A stretch of DNA of 64,000 nt, taken from NCBI GenBank assembly GCA_965221775.1, contig CBDCSU010000006.1, positions 2,531,206 through 2,595,205 of the forward strand. The letters are read 5' to 3'. A program made the position numbers and the translations under genes. This document shows positions 56,586-64,000 of this stretch, piece after piece (position 1 is the first letter of the stretch; each line of letters opens with the position of its first letter). Source of the DNA: Candidatus Latescibacterota bacterium (GTDB taxonomy: Bacteria; Latescibacterota; UBA2968; UBA8231). The notes beneath the pieces were generated by a model. It was given only the letters and a program-made list of their open reading frames with translations, ran no database searches and was not told the DNA's origin.

Positions 56586-59281
56586 GCCACAGTGACCGTC
56601 CGCACCTGCTCGCTGGTGCGGGCGTCTCCCTCGACGGAGGCGCGCAGGATGTAGATCCCCGGGGGCACCGGGCTGCCGTGGTCGTCGCGGCCGTCCCAGC
56701 TGAGCAGGGGCTGAGATCCCGGGTCGTAGTGTCCGCTCAGGTCGGAACTCTGGTAGAGTTGACGCACCCGCCGGCCGGAGAGGTCGAAGAGGATGATCGA
56801 CACCTCGGCCGCCTGGGTGATGGCGGTGATGTCGTAGGCGACCTCGAGTGCGTCGTTGATGCCGTCGCCGTTGGGCGTGAAGGGGTTTGGCTCCAGGCTG
56901 ATCGCCCCGACCAGGCTGCTTCGGGTGATGGAAGGGCTCAAGACCGTGATCCCCGAGGCCGTGGGCAGGTCGCCTTCGCCGAGATACGAGGCGTTGCCCG
57001 GGGTGATGCGCTGCACCGTCCCCTCCTCGGCGGCGAACCCCGCCGCCCCGCGGAAGACGGTGCTGTAGAGCAGGACACGGCTGCGGAAGTCGATCTTGAC
57101 GAGGCGCTGGCCGCCGGTGGAGGGCCGCTCAACGGCGGGAAAGCGGACCGCGAAGCCCTGGTCGCTCACCGATTCGACGCCGAAGCTGTCTCCCGCCGCC
57201 GAGACCGCCGTGTAGGGGACCGGGTGCCGGGTGCCGTCAGCGAGCACCACTTGCGGGCTGTCGCCGGGAGTGATGTCGGCATTGATCTCGGCCTCCAGGA
57301 GGACGTTCTCCTCCGGCGTGCCGTCGAGGATCTGGATGCGGTCGATCCCCAGGACCCGAGTCGGCGTGGAGATCTCGAGGCGGTCGAAACCCTTGACCCC
57401 CGGGATGTCCATCAGGGCGCGCACGGCGTAGGTGAAGGGCACGGCCTCGAAGGCCTCCACCTCACGGGGAAAGATCTCGGCGATCAGGTCATCCGCGATC
57501 GGCGGGGACAGGTACTCGATCGACAGCTGCTCGATCACCTTCGTGGCGTCGATGGCCTGGTTCCTGAACTCCACGGAAAACTGGATGTACCGCCGCGGAC
57601 CCGGCGACAGGATGGGCTCTCCGGCGGGCAGGTGTCCGCTGCGGTAAGGAGCCGACCAGGGACTCCACTGACCCAGGTCGTCGGTGATCTCGCCCTTGTC
57701 CCAGACGACTGGCGGGGTGGCCTCGAGGTTCGGGCTCAGATCGAGGTACTCCTCACGGTCCAGTAGCTGCGAGGGATCGGCGAGCGACTCGGAGCGCTCG
57801 GGATCACTGGTGCGCTCCACGTTGCGCCGCCAGTACGTCAGGGGCGTGGAATCGCTCCCCGTGCGCGTGCGCACCAGGATCTGGGAGACGTCCTCGCCCG
57901 GGTCGAACTGGGCCGGCCGAGCCGCGGGAGCGGCCAACCTCTTGGCCCGGCCGGGAATCACGGTCTGGCCGCCGAACTCGTCGCGGCAGACCGACTGCAC
58001 GCAGTTCCACACCGTGATGTATCCGGTTCCGGGCCGGTTCTCGCCGGCGGTCTCGCAGTCACCCCAGGTCTCCGGCACTTCCTCGGCGGTGGCGAACTCC
58101 TTCTCGAAGACCTGGCAGTTGTCGCTCGTCTCGTCGCGGGCACCGGTCTCCTGGCGACGGTCGATGAACCGTTCGACCCAGCTGATGTTGCCCCAGGTCG
58201 CCACGGAGCCGAGGTCGTAGATCGGCGACAGGTAGCGGGCCTCGGAGATGAAGCCCTGGCCGAAGACCTCGAGCTCGTCGACTTCGTAAGGGAAGGAGGA
58301 GATCGCCTTCAGACGTACGAAGCGTACCAGGCGCGCCGGCGAGATGGGGACGTCGACGACTGCGTCCTGGTTGTCCACCGTGCGCCGCAGTACATCGTAG
58401 TCCTGCAATTGGGGCACGAGCCGGCCGGTGCCGTCCAGCACGAGATTCTGCCCGTCGTGCAGCATGAGCTCGAACTGGCGCAGGAAGTCGTTCTGGAAGG
58501 GATAGGCGGCAGCCGGTTGGACAGTGTTGCGCGGGTAGAACCGGACCCGGTTGACGCCGATCGGGGCGCCGAGGTCGAGGACGACGAAAGTCCCCAGGGC
58601 CCCCCGCTCCCCCTTGCGCTGGAAGGCGTCCTCCGAACCCTCCGGGGTGATCAGCTCGAGCAAGATCTCCTCCAGCTCCGCCTTGGGGACATCCTTGATC
58701 GCCGGCGCCTCGATGCGTCCGCCCCATCCGAGGGCCAGGTGGGCCACGTTCCGTCCCCGGGCCAGATGGTCCGGCATCAAGGCGATGGGAAGCACCACCG
58801 GGTTGATGCCGGGCTGCCGCACTGCTTCCAGGGCTTCGTCCACAACCTCGGCCGCCGACAGCAGGTCAGTTCCCGGGGCCAGCCGCAGGATGACCGAGAA
58901 CAGGTTGCCGCCGGCCACGATCTCCGTCTCCGACACCTCGGGGATCTGCTCCAGAGCCGCCGGCAGCGAGGCCGACAGCCGGTCGGTCAACTCGGCGACA
59001 TCGCGGTCCACGGCGGTGATGACCGTCTTGACCAGAAGCCGGGGCGCCGTGTCCCCGAGCCGTTCCAGGTCGATGAGGTCGCCCGGCGTGCTACCGATCT
59101 CGGTGAGCTGCCGGGCGACCTTGTATTCCGGCGCGATCGTGGTGATGCCTCCGAGGAAGGACTCACCCGACCAGGACACGTTGCCGGAAGTGCCCACGCG
59201 CAACGTGTCCAGCGACACTGCGGGAGCCGCCGCAACCAGGACCCAGGTCACGGCCGGAAGCCACGCTCTTCTCGGGGTCAT
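56579..59281 (-). CDS. Large secreted protein with C-terminal FlgD/gliding-motility-type domain (paralog 2)
   Basis: DLG...GVNRVRFYPR, ELEVFGQGF, RTRTG, WSPWSAPY, SPGPRRYIQ, EIFP, FTPNGDGIND, WDGRD and a terminal VAY. Confidence 0.8.
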   Translation of the reverse strand: MTPRRAWLPAVTWVLVAAAPAVSLDTLRVGTSGNVSWSGESFLGGITTIAPEYKVARQLTEIGSTPGDLIDLERLGDTAPRLLVKTVITAVDRDVAELTDRLSASLPAALEQIPEVSETEIVAGGNLFSVILRLAPGTDLLSAAEVVDEALEAVRQPGINPVVLPIALMPDHLARGRNVAHLALGWGGRIEAPAIKDVPKAELEEILLELITPEGSEDAFQRKGERGALGTFVVLDLGAPIGVNRVRFYPRNTVQPAAAYPFQNDFLRQFELMLHDGQNLVLDGTGRLVPQLQDYDVLRRTVDNQDAVVDVPISPARLVRFVRLKAISSFPYEVDELEVFGQGFISEARYLSPIYDLGSVATWGNISWVERFIDRRQETGARDETSDNCQVFEKEFATAEEVPETWGDCETAGENRPGTGYITVWNCVQSVCRDEFGGQTVIPGRAKRLAAPAARPAQFDPGEDVSQILVRTRTGSDSTPLTYWRRNVERTSDPERSESLADPSQLLDREEYLDLSPNLEATPPVVWDKGEITDDLGQWSPWSAPYRSGHLPAGEPILSPGPRRYIQFSVEFRNQAIDATKVIEQLSIEYLSPPIADDLIAEIFPREVEAFEAVPFTYAVRALMDIPGVKGFDRLEISTPTRVLGIDRIQILDGTPEENVLLEAEINADITPGDSPQVVLADGTRHPVPYTAVSAAGDSFGVESVSDQGFAVRFPAVERPSTGGQRLVKIDFRSRVLLYSTVFRGAAGFAAEEGTVQRITPGNASYLGEGDLPTASGITVLSPSITRSSLVGAISLEPNPFTPNGDGINDALEVAYDITAITQAAEVSIILFDLSGRRVRQLYQSSDLSGHYDPGSQPLLSWDGRDDHGSPVPPGIYILRASVEGDARTSEQVRTVTVAY

Positions 59282-59300
59282 GGCTCAGCCTCCAGGTGGA

Positions 59301-59355
59301 TTGATTCGCCGGACCGACATGCTAATATTGTATGACAATCCTTCCTCGCTGACGA
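59301..59355. promoter_or_regulatory. Probable overlapping divergent promoters
   Basis: AT-rich patch in a 95-bp gap: TTGATT-N16-TAATAT on +, and TACAAT on - (59327-59332). Confidence 0.4.
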
Positions 59356-59376
59356 GCAGCTGGAGAGGGGAAGAGC

Positions 59377-61551
59377 ATGACCCGCCCGAGATGGTTGAGC
59401 CCTATCGTGCCGGCGCTTCTGGCAGCCGGCTGCGTCTTGTGGAACCCGGCCCTGAGCCCGGCCTTCGACGTGTACGGGATCGGCGGGCAGGACGGCAACC
59501 CCTGGGGGGCGCCCATCTCTTTCCAGCCCGGGACCTCCCGGACTCTGGACGCGGACGGGCAGCCGACCGGCACCCGGACCCTGTCGACGATCCAGACCTT
59601 TCCCTCCTGGGGCGATACCCTGACCGAGCTGGTGACGGACAGCCGCGGCGGCGTGTGGCTGCAGCCGTTCTTCATTCCCGACACCCTGAACCTCGCCCGG
59701 GACGGTGTCCGCGACCGCATCAGCCGCGGCATCTCGAACAACATCATCACCAGCGGGACGTGCTACAACAACGCCTCCCAGGTGACCAAGTCGCGGCCCA
59801 TGTTCGACGGCGATCCCACGACGGCGGCCTTCTACACCGCCAACGCCTCGGACGATCCGGAGGTGCGGCGCGGCTTCTACATCCAGAACACGATCGTCGA
59901 CCTCGGCGTCAACTACCCGGTCAACCGCATCCGCTTCTTCCCGCGCATCGGCAGCGAGAACGTCAAGTTCGACGAGATTCTCGAGGCGATGGCGGAGCCC
60001 AAGCTCGATCCCGGGGCCCTGCTGGAGGAGGACTTCTCCGGCAACTTCCTGCCCTGGTTCGAGGTGGCGGGAGCCCACGCCAGTCACAACTTCGCCGCCG
60101 CCTGTTACTGGCGCACCAGCACCAGCCCCTTCTTCCAGCGCATCCAGTACATCAACAACCCGCAGCCCGATCCCCGCTGGGACGTCCTGCTGCACGAGAC
60201 GGAGAACCAGGAGATCGTCGTCGACCTGCGGTTCCCGACGCAGATGTTCCAGTGGATCACCTTCCGCCCCCTGAGGCCGATCCGCAGCTGGGAGGTCGCC
60301 GAATTCGAGGTCTTCGGGGAGGGGTTCGTCCCCCGGGCCGTGTACACCACCTCGGTCCTCGACCTGGGGCAACCGATGGCCCTGGGCCGCATCCGCTGGG
60401 AAGGCACCAGGGATCCGGAGGCGCGGCTGCTGGTGCGCACCCGGACGGGAGACGACCCCGACCCCAACCTCTACTGGGAGCCGAGCACCATCCCCGGAGA
60501 GTTGCGGGAGATCAGCCGCGAGGAGTGGGAGCGGGCCGACATCACCGAACGCCGCGTCACCCTGGATCGGGAGAACTGGAGTTTCTGGTCCTCACCCTAC
60601 GACTGGGAGGAGTCGCTGATCGATCCGGCCGCCGATCCGGCCGACTGGACCGACGGCACGCCGATCCGGTCCCCCGGTCCGGCGCGCTACCTGCAACTGC
60701 AGATGATCTTCCTCTCGAAGGACCAGGACGCGGCCAGGCTCCGGAAGATCGAGATCCAGTTCTCCAGGCCCGCTGCCAGCGTGGTCCTCGGCGAGGTCTG
60801 GCCTATCGACGCGGAACGCCTGGGGTCGACGGCGTTCACCTACAGCGTCCTGCCCGACTTCGAGACCGAGGAGCAGGGCCTCGACCGGCTGGAGATCTTC
60901 ACCCTCACCCGGGCCGACACGGTGCGGGCCGTGCGCGTCGACGGCGCGGAGATCGACATCCTCCACGAGTTCAGGCCGCAGATCCTGGAGGACCGGATCC
61001 TGCTCTCCCTGCCGGAGTTGCGGGGGCCGGGCGACGCCTTCAAGCTCATCGAGGTGGAGTTCGACACCCGCGTGGTGCGCTACGGGACCGAGTTCACCGG
61101 CTGGGTCTTCGACTCCGGTTCCACCGGGGTCAGGCAGCAGATCGAGGCGGGCGAGGCAAACATCGCTTTTCCCGGCAACGTCCTGGGGGTGCGCACGGGG
61201 GAGGTCGGGTCGGGGTTGATCGCCGGCGTCGTGGCGTCGCCCAATCCCTTCACGCCCAACGGCGACGGCGTCAACGACGAAGTCTTCTTCCGCTTCCAGG
61301 TGCACGAGCTGTCAGATCCCAGGGTGCTGGAGGTCTCTCTCCACGACCTGTCCGGCCGTCTGGTCCGCCGTCTGAGAGGCGACGCCGTCGTGCGCGGGAT
61401 CTTCGGCGAGTCCGGGGCCGGTATCCTGGGCTGGGACGGCCGCGACGAGAGCGATGCGGCCGTGCCGGCGGGGGTCTACCTCTACCGGATCGTCCTCGAG
61501 ACCGACTCCGGCGAGGAACAGCGGCTGGGGACGATTGCGGTGGCCTACTAG
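59377..61551 (+). CDS. Large secreted protein with C-terminal FlgD/gliding-motility-type domain (paralog 3)
   Basis: FDGDPTT, DLGVNYPVNRIRFFPR, EFEVFGEGF, RTRTG, WSFWSSPY, SPGPARYLQ, EVWP, FTPNGDGVND, WDGRD and a terminal VAY. Confidence 0.8.
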   Translation: MTRPRWLSPIVPALLAAGCVLWNPALSPAFDVYGIGGQDGNPWGAPISFQPGTSRTLDADGQPTGTRTLSTIQTFPSWGDTLTELVTDSRGGVWLQPFFIPDTLNLARDGVRDRISRGISNNIITSGTCYNNASQVTKSRPMFDGDPTTAAFYTANASDDPEVRRGFYIQNTIVDLGVNYPVNRIRFFPRIGSENVKFDEILEAMAEPKLDPGALLEEDFSGNFLPWFEVAGAHASHNFAAACYWRTSTSPFFQRIQYINNPQPDPRWDVLLHETENQEIVVDLRFPTQMFQWITFRPLRPIRSWEVAEFEVFGEGFVPRAVYTTSVLDLGQPMALGRIRWEGTRDPEARLLVRTRTGDDPDPNLYWEPSTIPGELREISREEWERADITERRVTLDRENWSFWSSPYDWEESLIDPAADPADWTDGTPIRSPGPARYLQLQMIFLSKDQDAARLRKIEIQFSRPAASVVLGEVWPIDAERLGSTAFTYSVLPDFETEEQGLDRLEIFTLTRADTVRAVRVDGAEIDILHEFRPQILEDRILLSLPELRGPGDAFKLIEVEFDTRVVRYGTEFTGWVFDSGSTGVRQQIEAGEANIAFPGNVLGVRTGEVGSGLIAGVVASPNPFTPNGDGVNDEVFFRFQVHELSDPRVLEVSLHDLSGRLVRRLRGDAVVRGIFGESGAGILGWDGRDESDAAVPAGVYLYRIVLETDSGEEQRLGTIAVAY

Positions 61552-62371
61552 GGGGGACCGGCCCGCTTCGCGGTGCCTGGTCTGCCTGGTTCTGGGGGCT
61601 GCCGGATGCGCCGCTCCCGACCCCGGACAGGAGAGCCGCCCGTCCCCCCGACCCGCCGACCCGGGCGAGATGGTCCGCATTCCCGGCGGGCCCTTCCGGC
61701 GCGGCGTCGACGACCCCAGGGGCCCGGACGAGGGGCCGGCGCGGTCGATCCACTTGAAGCCGTTCTACATCGACCGTTACGAGGTGACTTCCCGCCGATT
61801 CGCGGAGTTCGCGGCGGCCACGGGCCGGGTGACGGCGGCCGAAGCGGATTCGCAGGCGTCGCGTTCCTGGCGCTCGCCGGGGTCCCGCGGCGAGGCGGGG
61901 CCCGACCATCCGGTGGTCTACGTCACCTGGGACGAGGCGCGCGCCTACTGTGCCTGGCGCGGCGCCCGCCTGCCCACCGAGGCCGAATGGGAGAAGGCCG
62001 CCCGCGGGACCGACGGGCGGCAGTGGCCCTGGGGCCACCGGGCCGTCGCGTCCCTGGCCAACGGCTGGGGATCCGCCGACCCCTGGGCGGAGACCTCACC
62101 GGCCGGCGCCTTCCCGGGCGGCGTCAGCCCCTACGGAGTCCACGACATGGCGGGCAACGTCTGGGAGTGGTGCGCCGACTGGTACGACCCCGACTACTAC
62201 GTGGTGGCGCCGCGGCGGGACCCGCCCGGCCCCGAAGGGGGGCGCCTGCGCGTGGCCCGGGGCGGCAGCTGGACCAACCCGATCACCGTCCTGCGCACCT
62301 CCAACCGGCACGCCGTGCACCCGGAGGACGCCGGCCCGGGCCTGGGATTCCGCTGTGCCTCTTCGGAGTAG
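61535..62371 (+). CDS. FGE-sulfatase/SUMF1-domain lipoprotein
   Basis: Lipobox GAAGC, FYIDRYEVT, HPVVYVTW, RLPTEAEWEKAARG, DMAGNVWEW, RGGSW and GFRC. Start (TTG) uncertain. Confidence 0.85.
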   Translation: MRWPTRGDRPASRCLVCLVLGAAGCAAPDPGQESRPSPRPADPGEMVRIPGGPFRRGVDDPRGPDEGPARSIHLKPFYIDRYEVTSRRFAEFAAATGRVTAAEADSQASRSWRSPGSRGEAGPDHPVVYVTWDEARAYCAWRGARLPTEAEWEKAARGTDGRQWPWGHRAVASLANGWGSADPWAETSPAGAFPGGVSPYGVHDMAGNVWEWCADWYDPDYYVVAPRRDPPGPEGGRLRVARGGSWTNPITVLRTSNRHAVHPEDAGPGLGFRCASSE

Positions 62372-64000
62372 GGCCGGGGCCCTCGCGGGGCTGCTGCTGG
62401 CCGGCGTTTCCCCCGGGGCGGCCGAGGTGATCGATCTCGGCTTCGACCGCGTGGAGTGGCGCTTCGAGAGCCGGGGCCGCTACCTGGAGGTCGCCGACCC
62501 CCGCGGTCTGCGCCAGATCTTCCACCCGTGGGCGGAGGCCGAGGCCGGCGACCACGGATCCCTGACCACTCGCGTGCGCCTGCCCGCCCACTGGCAGGGG
62601 CCGGTGTGGCTCAACCTCTTCGCCGAGGACACCTACGTCGGCGAGGGTTGGGACCAGGCCCGGGCCGGGTGGACCCACACCTACGCCTCGGCCCACCACT
62701 TCGCCGGCCACCGGTTCAAGCAGGTCCTCGTGAACGGGCGCCTCGTCTGGGAGCGCGACGTGGGCGACGCCGAGGGGGCCGGCAGCTACGTCCACGTCGA
62801 CCTCGGCGAGCTGGCGCCGGGGGGAGAGTTCGACCTGACCCTGCGCATCTTCGACCGGGTGGCCTCGGCGGAACGGCTGCCCGGGGACGAGTTCTTCCTC
62901 GGCGTGTGGAGCTGGGACGGACTCGCCGACCCGGAGGCGGCGCGCCGGAAGTTCTACACGCGCCTGTTCCTCGGCGACATGGCCCTGAGCCCCGAGCCGC
63001 TGTCGTGGGAGCGCAACCCCGCCCGCCGGCCGGTCCCCTTCGCACCCGTGACGGCCGCCCCGGTCGATCCGGCGGCCGAGGGCCGGCACACCTTCCGGCT
63101 GGACGCGCCGGCCGGCCTGCCGCCCGAAGGCTACCCGGCGACCTGGGGAGTGCCCTTCGCCCGGGGCCGCCTGCCCGACCCGGCCCGCGTGCGCCTGGTG
63201 GGGGCCGAGGGCGAGGCGCTCCCCCTGCAGACGCGGGTGCTGACGCGCTGGGACGACGGCAGCGTGCGCTGGCTCCTCCTCGACTTCCCGGCCCGGACGC
63301 AAGACCGCGGGAGCGGCCTCACCCTGGAGTACGGCGCGGCGGTGGAGCCGCGGCCGCCGGCGGCAGGACTCACCGCCGCCGCCGACGGCGAGGGGATTCG
63401 CGTCGACACGGGGGTGCTGAGCTTCCGGGTCCGCCGCGGCGCGGAGAACCTCCTCGAGGCGGTCGACCTGGAGGGCCGCCGCCTGGCGGATGGGCTCGTG
63501 GGCCGCGTCGTCACCCGCGACGGCTGGGAGCGCACCCGCTGGCGGGCGGTGGCCGATTCCGTTTCGGTGGAGGAGGCGGGATCCGAGCGGGTAGCGGTGC
63601 TCGCCACGGGGAGGCTGGCCGCCGGAGACCGCAGCCTGGGGCGGTTCACCCTGCGCGTGCACGCCTGGCGCGGCCGGCCCTGGATCCGCCTGTTTTTCCG
63701 GATCTTCAACGACACCGCCGCGCCGGCGCAGCTGGTGGAGGAGATCTCCCTGCGCATGCAGACCACCCTGGAGGACGGGGAGGCGGTGGCCGGCTCGCAC
63801 CGCTCGCCTACCGGCGACTCCGAGATGGAGCGCCTGCTGGTGCGCCAGCACCGCGCCGACGGTTTCGAGGTCTTCGGGGGCGACGACCGGCGCCAGGAGC
63901 GGGGCACCCACTGGGAGGCGCCCATGGCCCTGGAGGGCGGGGGCCTGGGGGTGGCGGGGCAGGTGCGGCACTTCCGCCAGCTCTATCCCAAGCGGATGTG
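62355..64000 (+). CDS. Secreted exo-rhamnogalacturonan lyase-like (YetA/PcRGLX) protein, 3' partial
   Basis: Open frame from GTG 62355 to the window end, with a signal peptide and PATWGVPFARGRL...LPLQTRVLTRWDDGSVRWLLLDF. Not in the ORF track. Confidence 0.7.
   Translation, partial: MPLRSRAGALAGLLLAGVSPGAAEVIDLGFDRVEWRFESRGRYLEVADPRGLRQIFHPWAEAEAGDHGSLTTRVRLPAHWQGPVWLNLFAEDTYVGEGWDQARAGWTHTYASAHHFAGHRFKQVLVNGRLVWERDVGDAEGAGSYVHVDLGELAPGGEFDLTLRIFDRVASAERLPGDEFFLGVWSWDGLADPEAARRKFYTRLFLGDMALSPEPLSWERNPARRPVPFAPVTAAPVDPAAEGRHTFRLDAPAGLPPEGYPATWGVPFARGRLPDPARVRLVGAEGEALPLQTRVLTRWDDGSVRWLLLDFPARTQDRGSGLTLEYGAAVEPRPPAAGLTAAADGEGIRVDTGVLSFRVRRGAENLLEAVDLEGRRLADGLVGRVVTRDGWERTRWRAVADSVSVEEAGSERVAVLATGRLAAGDRSLGRFTLRVHAWRGRPWIRLFFRIFNDTAAPAQLVEEISLRMQTTLEDGEAVAGSHRSPTGDSEMERLLVRQHRADGFEVFGGDDRRQERGTHWEAPMALEGGGLGVAGQVRHFRQLYPKRM

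Noticed and set aside
1-64000. tRNA, rRNA, integrase, transposase, prophage
   Set aside because: No recognisable signatures seen by eye. A tRNAscan or Rfam run would be needed to exclude small RNAs.

Overview
High-GC bacterial window. The gene families (FlgD/'FTPNGDG' secreted proteins, a 'WGRIK' C-terminal motif, many TPR fusions, a polysaccharide lyase) suggest an FCB-group lineage such as Latescibacterota; this taxonomy is inference. The left half (1-34 kb) is a mosaic: birA, a hydrolase, an O-methyltransferase with an ABC exporter, a sigma54-driven ABC operon with four permeases and a two-component system, four toxin-antitoxin loci (only one with an intact toxin), xre-rtcB, an amidase, oxidoreductases, a beta-helix protein and SulP. 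The right half (34-62 kb) is a coherent cell-envelope locus. It holds three large paralogous secreted proteins ending in a T9SS type-B-like/FlgD domain plus 'VAY', a 904-aa putative outer-membrane protein preceded by a structured RNA and terminator, a PPIase, two GT-C glycosyltransferase-TPR fusions, an FG-GAP/ASPIC-TPR protein, an MFS/spermidine-synthase-TPR fusion, an SGNH-TPR protein and two Cys-less FGE/SUMF1-domain proteins. This locus is the best candidate for an undescribed secretion and surface-glycoprotein assembly system. No rRNA, tRNA, transposase or cas gene was recognised. All calls come from reading motifs by eye, without database searches.
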